The notes under the pieces are model-generated. The model worked only from the letters and a program-made list of their open reading frames with translations, searched no databases and was not told the DNA's origin. 64,000 nucleotides of DNA. It comes from Lingula anatina. Its lineage: Eukaryota > Animalia > Brachiopoda. Below, in pieces: positions 12,981 through 26,320 of the stretch; within the stretch, counting starts at the first letter, position 1, and every line of letters starts with the position of its first letter. The stretch spans positions 4,956,587-5,020,586 of the forward strand of contig CM120648.1 in the NCBI GenBank assembly GCA_051362555.1, given 5' to 3'. The position numbers were made by a program, and so were the translations under genes.

Positions 12981-13853
12981 TCTGGTAATTATTATAAGCT
13001 GGTGGTCTATTGTTTGGACTATTTACCAAGTCAATAGATTTTCACTGACTGATCTCATTTACAACAAAAGCCATTCATAGCATTTTGGTGTAAAAAAACT
13101 AAAAAACTATTATAAATAGTGCTGGTGTGTAAGGTTAAGTCATAAGTAACAAAACTAGGGTGTGTGTGATGGAGCCTTTTATTTACTTTTTATGCAAAAT
13201 AGACATAAAAGGGGATATTAACACAACAATTTGGTTGTACAAAATGTACTTTCATGCCCATTAGAGGGGGTTGGGTCAAGCCACCCTTATGTGTAGAGGT
13301 CTATAACAGCATGGGTCTCTAAATAAAGTAGGAGCCACCACAATGTACATCTGCTATTATGATAATTAATATAACTTTGAATACCTGAAGCACATTTTAC
13401 AGTTTATCTTTCTTAATCCTAAGAAATAAGAATAGAAAAAAGTTATACTTACTGTATTTGGACTCCTATCCATATTTTCCTTTTTTGATAGCATGCATTA
13501 CATGAAAATGACTTTTTTTTCTTTGCAATTGAAAATATTTTACTGACTCTAACCTTTTTTTTCTCGCCTGTTTTCCTTTCAAAGACCTACATTTTTTGGG
13601 GTTATTCTTTTTGTACAAAAGATTCATTGTATCTGCCTAGCCATCCTATGGAAGCACATGTAGCAACTACCTCATGGCAGGAATAAACATGGCCGACTGC
13701 TAGCATATGGGCAGAAAATTTCCCTATTTAGTTTGAGTACATATCAAGCCCAACCCTAAGGCTTCGTTCACATGCAATGTCTATTTTCTAAATTCTATTT
13801 TCTATTCGCGCTATCTTATGATCACGGTCTGTGCACTGAATATCCCGCAGCGT

Positions 13854-13920
13854 AATTACTGGCAGCGCGAGCCAGTTACTTATAGTAACTTATAGTTACT
13901 GGCTCGCGCTGCCAGTAATT
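13854..13920. repeat. Hairpin with perfect 23-bp arms
   Basis: AATTACTGGCAGCGCGAGCCAGT (13854-13876) and its exact reverse complement (13898-13920). Confidence 0.9.
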
Positions 13921-14584
13921 GAAATGCTCCTTCTGTGTTTATTTATGTCATAATTCCATCATGACTGCAGCTGAGAACTCCTCATTTGCCCAATTATACC
14001 ATCCACGTATTATTGGCCAGTGAGGCAACGGAGCGTTACTCGGGCGTAGTTACGACGATCAGTTTTTGTCTTGGTGCAACGGGCGTAAGCAGGGAGAGTA
14101 AACCTGGCGCACGGACGTAGGAGCCTGGGAGAAGGGACTTACCCCCATTCCCATATCCCTTTTTAAACCACATTAGTCACAACGAGGGAAGCGGGGCAGG
14201 GGGGACTCTGGGGAACACAATCTCCACCGATTTTTTTTTTTTTTTTTCAAAATAGATAGCATTCCAAAGTTAAAATGTAAGCCGCCTACGCCCCTTTAAC
14301 GCACATTTTCGAAAATGTCTTGGTATCTATCTGATGAAAACCTGTCACGATAACACACTTAAAATCAGAATGACAAATTTAGGTGCTATCATCATCCCTA
14401 ACTGAGATGTAGGCTGAATTACCACAACCTCATATAGAGATTATAAATATCTCTGTCAACCAGCAACCCACACTCCTTATTTAAATCTTATGACCCTGAC
14501 CGAAGAAAGTGGGGGGAAATCCCCGAAAGTACAAAGAAACCGTCCACGTGAAAAAAAGTGCGTACACCATAGAAGTATGTGATA

Positions 14585-14835
14585 GATACAATACGAGTCG
14601 CCGAGCTGTACGTGAAATATTACGAGTGTATTGGCGAGCCGCAGGCGAGACAATACACGAGTAATTTTCAAGTACAGCTCGGCGACGAGTGTTGTATCTG
14701 GCTTAAACCACGGCCTCCGATTGGCTACTACACTAGAAGTGCAACAGACCGTGGAACGCACTCGTACATGACGTGCTTGTATGTCAAATACAGCACGGCC
14801 GAGTCTTTTGTTCTACGTGCTAGCCGTGGTTTAAA
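14585..14835. mobile_element. Palindromic non-autonomous element (Crypton-like architecture)
   Basis: Imperfect palindrome GTCGCCGAGCTGTAC...GTACAGCTCGGCGAC centred on GAGCCGCAGGCGAG, plus a second IR TTAAACCACGGC/GCCGTGGTTTAA. Confidence 0.55.
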
Positions 14836-15466
14836 TATATATATATCTAGGGATGTTATATGACCGTGGCGCTATGATGATCACTGAAGCCTGTCCATTT
14901 AGCCAAGCTTCAGTGAAGATCGAGGGCAACCTCGAGCCGCTACCCAAAAATGTCTCGCTTCACTCGACATTTCTGCGTAGCGTCTCTCGGAAAACTCTGA
15001 TTTTACCTCGATGTAGTTTAGAATTTCACGACTACATCTTGGTCGAGGTCTCTTAAATACTGAAAGCCAAAAGACATTGTGACCATGTGACCTTTTGGCA
15101 TCAAGAGAATAGTGACGTTGCTTGCGTTATATACCTACCAGTAGACAAATTTAAAATCTCTCACACTTTTAAAAAAAATTAGCATAAACTTTTCACGTTT
15201 TAAAATTATTATCTATCATTTTATTACACTAAGTCATATCATATGGGTATGGTTTGAAAACGGGAATTAGTTTACATATAAGCCACACGTGCATACAAAT
15301 TATTTGTAAATCTATAATTTTTTAACGAGGGTTGTGTTATTTACCTTTTGTTTTTAAGCTGTTCATTCTTCCTCTTTATCAGATACATCGGTAAAATCAA
15401 ATGTATTCCCCCTTTGAACTTGTAATTACATGTAGCACATGAATGCTCTGAAAATCAGCACATGTA

Positions 15467-15790
15467 TATTCCGAAACCGCCTCGTAGTAAAAAATGTCAC
15501 CAAAACGTAGAATTATTACTCCTGTGTACTTAAAATAAACATCCGTTTGATTTTGACTATGTTCCGTAACCGCCTCGTCGTCAGAAATAACAATAAAAAA
15601 CTTGAATTATTACTCCCGTGAACTTGTAATAAACATCCGTCGATTTTGACTATATTCCGAAACTGCCTCGTTGTCAGAAATATCACCAAAAAGTAAATTT
15701 CTTTCTCCTTTGCACTTGTTAAAAATTAGTTTGACTATATTCCGGTCCAATGCTCCTTTTTTATCAGAAATGTCACTAAAAAGTAGAGGT
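15467..15790 (+). repeat. Degenerate tandem repeat, ~90-bp unit, ~3.5 copies
   Basis: TATTCCGAAACCGCCTCGT...GAATTATTACTCC...TTTTGACTA recurs at ~92-bp spacing. Confidence 0.8.
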
Positions 15791-17012
15791 TTTGCCTTGG
15801 GACCTTTTTTCCGCAGCAGTACCGGCTAGGTGTGGCTCAGCTGAGACGTGCATGGTCAGTGTCGACGGTTGAACGTCCAAGACAAGTATTTAGCAAAAAT
15901 TGACCAAATAGGTCAAACATTACGTAAGAATTTGGCGGGAGGTGACCAGCGCACGTGGGCGAGTTTATTCCGTATAACATCTCTATGTACTAGATCAATC
16001 CAATCAATGTTCTTTATGGCTTTAACTTTTTATTTGCACGTTTGCCTAAAAAGTGTGACAAAAGAATTTGGAATCATTGAGAAATTTGTTAGATTCCGTT
16101 ATTTCCTGAAATATCTCGTTAAATAAAAACAACAATCGGGCGTAGCTATCTAGATTAAGTTAGTACTGTATATCCTCTTTATACTACCTATAGCTATAGA
16201 AATCATGATGATTGGTCAATTATTATTACTTTTGCAACACAAGATTTAAAACAGATATTTTCCTTTTTTCAGAGACATTTTGTTCGACTTACGAGAGCAT
16301 GCAGACAGACTAGATGAAGAACACAGATATGTCCAGAAAAACATAATTTTTATGACGAGATATCGCAAGTTTTACCATTCCTTTGGCCGGTTGCCATGGC
16401 AGCGCTCTACACAACAGTAGTGAACGCCATAGTTAAAACTGGGAGACCTATGTACAGAATATAACTGAAGGACTTTACGTAAAACATGCTTCAGACGGTG
16501 AACTTGCTGTTGACAGTAGTGTTACCAGTGGCAGTTTAAAGTGGTAATTTGCTTTTAAAAAATGTGTTAAAAGATGATTGTTTTTGTGCTTATTGTAAAA
16601 ATTGTTTATGGAGACGAAAAGTCTCTTGTTTAAAAGCCTTTATCAAAGCAGTACAAATGAACATGAAAAACACTTTTCTTTGTGTGAACTGTACCCAGAG
16701 AGAATGTTTTCTTCTTTGAACGTGATCTTGACGATCACCTTGAAAAACGTATTTATATGTTTATTGATTTTATCTATTTATCAATAGATTTGCCATGGAT
16801 TATTTTGTCATATATCTGTTAATCTGCGAGTACATTTATTCTGTTTATTCACTGGCAGTTGTTTATCTATATTTGTCTGGTTGTACAACCATTTGTCAGT
16901 GCCGAACACCTAACAAGGACAGAAACAGACGCGGTGAAAACTGTATAGGGCCTACTGTACGGTATCTCAGACCTCAAAAACGATTACTGCCGTCTGCTAA
17001 CACGAACCTTTG

Positions 17013-17177
17013 CAGGCCCGTTCAGAGGGTGTTCGGGGGGTTCGAAAGAACTCCCCTTTTTGCTGTTAAAAGGTCCACTCTAGGTAAAATTTGACCTAGG
17101 TAAATGGGGATTATACGGTAAAAGGTCCACTTTTTCAGAAAATAACCCCCCCTTTGAAATTGCTGGCTACGGGCCTG
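17013..17177. mobile_element. MITE (family of 155-319), 5-bp TSD
   Basis: CAGGCCCG...CTGGCTACGGGCCTG flanked by CTTTG/CTTTG. Confidence 0.85.
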
Positions 17178-17449
17178 CTTTGGGAGCATTTAGATTCAGG
17201 TCAGGATCGATCCATTTCTGCAGGGATTCTTGTTCAAGTGCCGTCAGTGTAATTAGTTTAATTGTCTGACACGCCCCCTCGAGATTCTAGGCGTGATTAA
17301 AACTTTTAGAGAGGGGAAGAGGTGGTGTCTCTGTTTTCCAGTACGAAAACCATGCTATCTCTACTACCATTAATTTGTGAACAAATAAAAAACTTCATTG
17401 CTCTGACTATAATGATGTCTTATACGTATAAAGCCAACTGCATTTTCAT

Positions 17450-17481
<32 letters not shown>

Positions 17482-19039
17482 TTGAAATGCAGAAAAGCCC
17501 TACATAATATATTTCTCATGGAATATTGATTCTTATTTATATTAGAAATATGAAAGCTACTTATAAATGAATTCTGATGTTCTGACGAAGGATTAACATA
17601 AAATTATAATTAGTTGTTGCTGCTTTTACGTGTAGTGTATATATCCCTTATACTAAGCGATGCTCGAAAGAAAATATTGTTTTGAATTAGGCATTGCAAT
17701 GTTGTTACATACTTGGCTTCTTTTAGTTAAAAATCACTCATGGCTTTTTTTTCTGAATTTATAATCTAGTAGAGGCTCTCGAAATTATGGCTGTAATACA
17801 TTTTATATCTAGCCATAACCTTTAATCCTTATCAAGAGGGCAGGTTTATCTCATACAGTAATGGTTGTCGAGGTTTGTTATTAAATGTGGGATGGGTTAT
17901 AAAATGGCCCCTTTCCAAGAAAATCGTTACCCTATACAGCTGTTTGAAAAAAAATGTGATTTATAGGATAATATCAGCATCAAACACTTAGAGCGCAACT
18001 CTGTGTTTTGCTTTCTCGCTTTTTCGGGCCTTGTTCCATTTCTTCTCCTTCCACTCATACTCATACAAGAAATTACGAACAGACTCCTATAGAGTTCCTG
18101 CATTTAAAATCCCTCAAACTGTAGAGAATTTATTTACAACAGGATACCATAAGGTTTTCCATTCACATTCGTCCAAGCGCGAATCCTGAAATTTGCGAAG
18201 TGGAGGTCGGGGATTGGGGGGGGGGGGGGTATAGGCACAAAGAAAAAGTGTTTGCCTCGCTTCCCACGGCAAAAATGAAATAGTAGATAAGGAAAATTTT
18301 TTAAAATGTTTATATGCAGGTCACAGGTTTGGAAATTTGCTTGGTTTCATTTCGTTTCCCTTGTTACAATACTGTATTATGGAAGAAGGGAAAAGGGGTA
18401 CCTGCTGGGCAGAGGGGGGGGGGGGCACAGATCCGTGGAGAGAGTCATATCTCGGTTCAACAATCAATGGTTGACTCACTTAAACATTGAGCCACGCGGA
18501 TGTTGAATATATGTCATGTGATTTTAAAGAAAGTGTCTCGAGATCTGGCCCACGAGGAAAAATTTTTTATTCATCTCCTAGCTATCTACTTCCCTTTTCA
18601 GTGTGTAAAATGATTAATGGCTTAAGACTTTGCGGTCAGCCTAGTCATAGGGCTTCCTTGTATAGTAAAAACGTGTTGTAAGTTATATTTCGTGCAGTAT
18701 ATCCCCTTTTGAAAAGGTTGAATGGTTAATATGTATAGGAATTGGGGAATTCTTTATAACTTGTAGCATATACCCTTGGTTCTAGATTTCAGTTTTGCCA
18801 GTTCGATCTTGATTTCATATATAACCCATATCAGCAAAACTGTTGAAACCCCATTCACAGTGACTCTGACACTCAGGGCAGTAGCATATTGACTTATAAA
18901 GTTTTTTCCCTGGAGAATGTGTAGGCCTACCGTACATAAATGTTATACCTATCTGTCATTATATCTATATCTATTGCACACGAACACAAGCAGATAAGAA
19001 GCGATAGAGTTAAGTGTAAATTGAAGTGCACCTTAATAA

Positions 19040-20751
19040 AGGGTACCGGAGGAGATCAGCATTGGTCAGAATTGTGCCGGAAGTGTGCCGTCAAGTGGTG
19101 TAAGACGCGAAGCTGAGTGGTCATTTTTAGCTGGAGGTGAATGGGAGAGAAGACGAGGACTCGGAGGAAAAAGCAGTTTTTCAAACAACATGGTAAGATA
19201 ACATTTCTTCTTTACGCATTTCGGGCAGAGAATACTTGTAGAAATAATAGATGCATGATATGAAAACGTGACACGGAACTTGAAGGTGCAAAATCGTGCT
19301 TAATTTGCAGTCAACTTGTTTTGAAATACATGCTGCATCGACAGTCAGCGCGACAAAGGGAAAATAATTCCCGGGAGGCTATAAATCGTTGTCATGTGGA
19401 ATTTTGACATTTATATAATCTGATATGTCCATATCTAAGTATTTTTGGGTGTTTTATGGTATGGGCTGCAATTATAACGATGTTTTAGAGTTATTGAAGG
19501 ACCTTGTGAAAACCAGGAAGTAGTTCGTAACTAACAACTGAATCGTACCAATCTATGACTTCTGTGAAAAGATGAATCTTTTTTTAAATATTCTGACGAA
19601 TTTTTAGATCTTTATATGTCCATCTGACATGAAATTCCACACATATGATCACATTAATATACCTCTTACACTGTGGCAGGTACAAATCAGTGACAAATGC
19701 CAAGACAAAGGTAACGTTCTGACAGCCTCTTATCTGAGCTAAAAAGTACGCGACTGGCATTTAATGGCATCTTACAGCTATTTACCTGTCAAAATGGACT
19801 TGCACCTTGGTTGTTGGATGCATTCATTCGACAAATAAAACATTTCACTGACAAGATCTTCCCCAAAAGATGAAAAGAGAATTCAGGTGAGCCGACAAAG
19901 CTGACAGGTAATTAAGACTAGCTCTAAGTTACTAATAACTGACATTATTATGCAATACTCAGTTGGAAAAGCGATATTGACAGGTAGATAAGATATTACA
20001 TGACCAGTTTCTCAAGGGTGATTGACTGCCAGCCTGAGGAAATTGATTGCCAGTCTCTTTTGCTAGTGATCTTTAGCTCAGAAAAGAGGCTGTCAGAATG
20101 TCACCTTTGTCTTGGCATTTGTCACTGATTAATATTAAAGGCGTATTAATGTGATCATATGTGTGGAATTTCATGTCAGATGGACACATAAAGATCTAAA
20201 AATTCGTCTGAATATTTAAAAAAAAAGATACATCTTTGCACAGTAGTTGTGGATCGGTACGACTCAGTTGTCAGTTACGAACTACTTCCTGGTTTTCACA
20301 AGGTCCTTCAAAGACCCTAAAACATCGTTATTATTGTAGCCCATACCATAAAACACCCAAAAATACTTAGATATGGACATATCAGATTATATAAGTGCCA
20401 AAATTCCACATGACAACGATTTATAGCCTCCCGGGAATTCTCTTCACTTTACGCTCTTTTCCGCGCTGGAAAAACAAATTGACTGCAAATTAAGCACGAT
20501 TTTGCACCTTCAAGTTCCGTGACACGTTTTCATACCATGTGCCTATTGTTTCTACTAGTATTCTCTGCCCCAAATGCATAAAGATAATATGTTATCTTAC
20601 CGTGTTGTTAGAATAACTCCTTTTTTCTCCAAGCCCACGTCTTCATTCCCATTCACCTCCAGCTAAATATGAACACTCAGCTTTATGTCTTACACCACTA
20701 CACGTCACTTCCGGCACAATTCTGACCATTGCTGATCTCCTCCGGTACCCT
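19040..20751. mobile_element. 1.7-kb foldback element with ~700-bp inverted arms (Kolobok-like ends)
   Basis: AGGGTACCGGAGGAGATCAGCA...TGCTGATCTCCTCCGGTACCCT. Arms ~19040-19746 and ~20071-20751 are reverse complements; flanks ATAA/TTAT resemble TTAA. Confidence 0.85.
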
Positions 20752-21852
20752 TTATTGCGTCAACATAATATGTAACTTATTAAAATAGCACGTTCCGTCG
20801 GAGAATGACACTGTAGAGGGTGTGTTACATGGGAAGTGGTTCATTCTAGAGAAGGTAAGCTAAAAAAAATCGTAGCAAATTCTGTTACACGTTATTATTG
20901 TTCCCAGATAATCGCTTTATGTGTTTTGTTATTTATGTCGACTCAAATGAATCATTTGTGTGTTTCAAACAAGTTGTGTCTTAAAGTAGGTATACCAAAA
21001 ATATCTTTCGAACTTTAAATAAAGGTTTAGTCCAAGATTTTTGTTTTTCTTATATCTAAGGCTGGAGTTCAACGTACTTCTTTCCATCTTTTCATTGCTT
21101 TTTGTTCCATGGGTGCATTTAGTGTCCATGTCTCTAAGCTATTGGCGATAACTGACAACCTCCATTTGTTTAACACCTTCCTTTTCATACGCAGGTAGGA
21201 GGTTACTCTCGAAGAAATTATTTTGCTTCTTAAACGCCGTTCATGATCTTCATGTTATTTGCTATGACCAATGTTATTAGCCTGTCCACTGTTTTATTCC
21301 TTTCTCCACTACAGAACCTCCCTGTGGCACTCTCTTGTTAATTCTGGTATATATCCCGAGCTTGAAATAGGAGTCACTCTTAGGTATTGTTACAGTGAAG
21401 AAATAACGATAACTATATCTGGAGCTTTCAAACGTTTATTCACCTCCCTTTTCATACAACTTCACAAATATTTATACCCCATTTCTCCGTACTGATCATG
21501 CATTGACTTGTTTTCTTTCCATTGTCTTTGCGTTATTACAAAATATTTTCCATTCTCATGTTGCAAGTCACCATGCAACATTTCCTTATTAGGTAATCCC
21601 TAAGAGACTTGTTTTCAATTAAATATATCTAAAATATAATTTGAATTACTCATGCTTGGACCTTCTCCAAAACTCAGTTATCATGTGATAAACAGATGAG
21701 CGAAATTAAAATATATTATGAAATTAACCAATCACATAAACTGTTACTGACTTTGACCCCGCCGTCACTCAGCTGTCCTCTGAGAAAGAGAGAACGTTCC
21801 TATTGATACCCATGCATCGGGTCACATAGGGATTATCTCATGAGCAAATAAA

Positions 21853-22112
21853 GACTGGGTTCCCATCCCTAGATTGAACTAACAGGATCGGTCCATCTCC
21901 ACGGGTTTCTCGCTAAAATGCTTTCAGCTTGAATGGCTAAGATGTCTGGCACGCCTGCTAAAGCTGCTAAACGATAGTATAGTTAATTACCCCTTATCAG
22001 CTTCAGTAGGCGTGACAGACATCTAAGCCGCTTAAGTTAATTGCAATTAAGCGAGAATCCCCTTGGACGTGGGTCGATCCAGTTAGAGCGACCTAGGCAT
22101 GGGAACCCAGTC
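21853..22112. mobile_element. Palindromic MITE (AGACTGGGTTCCCAT TIRs)
   Basis: The 15-bp terminal IR is perfect and the interior is an imperfect palindrome. It is flanked by an ~85-bp diverged direct repeat (21770-21855, 22113-22207). Confidence 0.7.
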
Positions 22113-22616
22113 TCAGCTGGCCCCTGTACTGAGGGAGAGAGAGACAACACTTCTATTGATACCTATGTATCTGGTCACAGAGGGAGTATCTCATGAAAAA
22201 ATTAAGACACAATTTTTTGTATCCTGGGATTCAGGTTATCTTTAAGAGATGTCTGGCTTATGTGGGATGCGATACGATAAAAGCGTGGGAGCCACTCCAG
22301 TGTGTCTGGTTTCATGAGTATATATATTCAAGCTGGTTCTTGGAGAGTCGGCTGGATAGTTGATTGTAAGGTTTCCACCGTACGTGTTGGAAAAGCCCAT
22401 TTATTACCGAGTAAAATACCAAAAAGTAACCATACTGTACTGGGTCGTAGGCTGGAGGAGGGGGAAGCAGTAGCCAACAGATTTGAGAAAATTACATTTC
22501 GGCGGTTCCTGAATATCTCCTTACCTTTTGCTTCAACCCCTTAAGGAATTTTCTCAATAATGGTACATGTATCATATGCAATCGTACAAGCTTTATTGTG
22601 TGTCTGTTCTATCAGA

Positions 22617-23045
22617 ATGCAAACACCTGTGGAATCACTGGCCACAAGCCGTTTTGCTCGCCATCAACTCGTTGCGCCACAGGGCGTGAATGATTATGAA
22701 TGGAGAGGGCGCTCAACGCAAAAACTACTGGATATTTTGACTGATTCTGACAAACATGATGCTTTTTCAAGATTCAGAGCGTACAGTCAGTGGCCTGAAA
22801 CAAGTCCTCTTTCTCCAGTTGACCTAGCCACCGCCATGTTCGTTTACAGCGGTACTGACGACATGATGTGTTTCAAGTTGCAAGGGGGCGCTGCGAAATT
22901 TCGAAAAAGGAGATTCGGGCGTTGGGGAGCACGTGCGACATTTTCCTCGCTGCGACTTCGTCATTCAATATCGACACAATCCTCAATTTTATGATGCAGC
23001 CAAGATGTTCCTTGAAGAGAATCAATTTCATTGCGGGCCAGAAAA
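22617..23045 (+). pseudogene. IAP pseudo-exon: duplicate of the first BIR exon of the 32.1-kb gene
   Basis: Highly similar to ~32160-32590 (DILTDSDKH..RFR.YS.WP.TSP.SP.DLA.AMFVYSGTDDM). A 5-nt deletion at ~22865 shifts the frame inside the zinc-binding motif. No downstream IAP exons were seen. Confidence 0.85.
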
Positions 23046-24659
23046 CGTTAAAAATAGCGGCATAGTTATCTTTGCAGAACATTTGTGGTGCCAGAGCTTT
23101 TAAATTTGCCAATTTTGATGCAATATCACATAATGATTAACGGAATGATTGCCACCAATTTTCATATATTTACTAAAAAGAACGTGGGCATTTAAAAAAT
23201 TTGATTACCATTCGGCTTCATGCCCGTGGGAATTCTAATTCCCACGTTGAAAAAGCCAATATGTGAAAAATGAAATTTTCGCAAAAACTGTATAACTTCC
23301 AGAAAAAGATGCCAATAAGACTGCTCTCTGGTCCTATGTTTCCATACCCCAGAACAAATTTTGTAGGACGACCGCGGGCTCATCCTGTCGGTGTTCTGAC
23401 TGATACTCCAAAATGCGATCTGACACACACACCTTGAAAACGGGTAGTGTGGTCCGATATACCGGTTAATTCAGGATCCTTATGTGCCGAGTCTGGTAGT
23501 TGGGTAGGCCTGAACATGAAGCCATTAACTTTGGTCACCCGATTGGACTCCTATCTAAATGTCCTCGATAACTAGTGCTTGATAAATACTGCTAAAATGC
23601 AGAGTGCCATTGCCCAATTTTATATGTACTTGTAACTAGAGTAGACTGTTGTTGTTGTTGTACTACGTGAGGAGGAAGGCAGTTTATAAACGGTGAGCTA
23701 ACATATAATTGTGGCAAATACATGTAAGCAAAATTTCCATATAATTATTGCTGTAAAGTAAACAGCTAACACTTTCAGTAAATGCAGAATAATTAAAACG
23801 TGATCAGTTAAGTAAAAGATAGGGAGTTATTAAGTGATAGTTAAATTTCGTTAAAGTCATAATAACTCTTCGTTTTGGCCAAAAATACGATTTTCCTGGA
23901 AAAAACGACAATTTTCCCGTACTTACCAATGGTCAACGACCCCATTCCTGCATTCAAAGTTAATTCAGGGTTTTTTTCCTAAACGTACGGTTTTTTGTTA
24001 AAATCTCTTAAGAGATTTTAACTGACGGAGCCCTCTCGTATCGAGCGATAGTTTCTGGTGACCTACTTAAAACCGCGGGAAAAGCAGACAACAACAACAC
24101 TATATAACGATATTATAAGATTCATAAGCTATATTCGTCTTTTTGCTCAAAATGCATTTATATCTACAATGTGTGCAATTCTGGGCTTTTCGTTATCCGA
24201 CGCACTGTACAAAAACTCGCAACTTACGTCTGAGGGTTTCCCGCCAATGTTATTTTGGTCTCGAATGAACGCAAGAATCCGCGAGACACCTAAACGTTAT
24301 TGGCAACGGATGCACTTGTCGACCGCGAAGAAAGGCATCGAAAGCCCAAGTGACAAGCACAGATTTTAGTTTTACTACAATAACAGTCGTTTTGGTGGGA
24401 AAATGCAATAGAATATATTTCCAGGCGTTGTTTACAATGTATTTCTTGCGGAATTTTGAATCTAAAAGGAAGAGTTATTATTGCTTTAAAGGGACAAAAA
24501 ATAGGATTAAAAACGCCTTTTAAGTGCATGGATTGCTTCTTTTTTAACTTATCTGAGAACAATTGCTATGGGTAAAGCATAAAATGGCAGGTAAATGGCC
24601 GTAATCAATATCGAAAAAAAGAATCATATTCACCGTCCACTTTCGAACCCCGGGCGTCA

Positions 24660-25618
24660 GCCATCTTGACACAGTTTGAAATAACGCGGCTTCTCGACTC
24701 AGATACGAGATGTAAACAATGCAGACAGCATGTCGTTTCGAAGGTGAGCGTGGACGTGAAGGAGAAGAGGAATTGCTCACCGAATCTTTGCAGGTAAGCG
24801 AGTTATATTTACCAAAAGTACTTTAAAATGGGAAGATGGCAGTGGAAATCAAAATGTCTGGCAGAGGAAGTTAAAAAGCGTAGATAACTGCTAATAATTA
24901 ACGTTTCCTCGGGTAACGCACTCGCAGCCAAATCACTCGCACTGGGTACGTACTACTAGTTATATGAAGCGAGATAGTGCACTTTACCCCTGAGGTGTAT
25001 AGTTCTGTAAAGCAGGAGGAATACCCTTTTCTGCTCAATGTGGTCATCTACCAGTACTTACAGACTAACCTCACACCATATTCTCGCAGGGGAATCCCAT
25101 GAGATATACAATGTAACTCGAGTACTAGTGGGGTTAGAGGGTGTTCTTTGTACGGCACGTAACTACGTTAGCTTATTTGTAAATTTAATAATATTGTCAA
25201 TGAATATGATTATAAGGAATGATTTTTTAGCCTTTCAGAGGAGGAATTGGGTGATACACCCCTTCAAGCACGAGTGAAGAGATCAGGTATGTTAATAATT
25301 TTAGCAGTATAACATGGGCGGATCCAGGATTATTTGAAAGGGAGGGGGGGGGGGGGTCCGCGGATGCAAAGCCGACCCCCCCCCCCCTAGTTGGCGTGGG
25401 GTCCTGGGCCTGCTTAAAACTTTGGTATTTTAGAGGGTGAACAGTGCCATTTGGTACGGTTTAGCACTTTACTGTAGTAAATTAGCTAGTCAAAATTCTA
25501 ATTCCAAGTGGGGAATATTAGTGTGATTTTTTTACATCAGTTCTTTGAAACCATGTGTGATTATGTTATTTCTTCTTGTGGCCTTTATGATTTAATGCAG
25601 CTGCAGATATTTAAATTT

Positions 25619-25660
<42 letters not shown>

Positions 25661-26320
25661 CATAATCAGACTTGCTTCTTTATAATAAGCTGGTTATCAT
25701 GTAGTGATCATGCCCTCTAACTTGTTGATTTTTGTTAAAGAATAGTGCTGTTATGATAATATCAATACATTTTTTTCTTTATAACCATTTTATGTAATTT
25801 TACTATTACAGTGCCTCAAGTTATGTCTGGAAAACTCATACCAGGAAGCACTCCAATCTTACAATACTGCATCACTTCAATGTCGGTGTGACAAGTTGTG
25901 TAAAAGACTGCTACAAAAAATTTGCAGCGATGACCACATGATCCACCACCTTTTACCAAAACCGAGTGAACAGTTTTATATTATAATGCCCATGTATATG
26001 TATTTAAAGTGACAAGACTGAGATCAGCGAGAGCCTCAAGGCCTTTATTTTCTGTGCATTGTCAACTCTTCAATAATTTTATAATTTTGTCAAATACATC
26101 CAAAGATTCAATTCTAATGCAATACTTGAAAACTTTTTTAGAATATATTTTAATGTCGAACATGTTTTTCTAAGAACTAGCCCTTTAGTAAATTAACATG
26201 TACTATCCAACTGTTATTATTAATTAACATATTGTTATGTACAAAGCATAAGCTGCAGTATCAATGAAGCATTAACTGGGTAGAGATTATGAATGAAATA
26301 AAAGTTTAAATATTGAAACA
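24660..26320 (+). other. Spliced unit with only short ORFs (exons ~24660-24743/24793, 25239-25286, 25812-~26320)
   Basis: YY1-like GCCATCTTG at the start; donors GTGAGC/GTAAGC/GTATGT; acceptors TTTCAG/TTACAG; AATAAA at 26297. No long ORF. Confidence 0.5.
25812..26030 (+). mobile_element. LINE (L2/CR1-group) RT C-terminal tail fragment
   Basis: Translates CLKLCLENSYQEALQSYNTASLQCRCDKLCKRLLQKICSDDHMIHHLLP, matching the Y.EAL...L..R...LC...H.LHHLLP tail pattern of L2/Crack-type LINEs. Confidence 0.6.

Noticed and set aside
22560-22994. 144-aa ORF as a functional IAP
   Set aside because: A 5-nt deletion shifts the frame before the zinc ligands.
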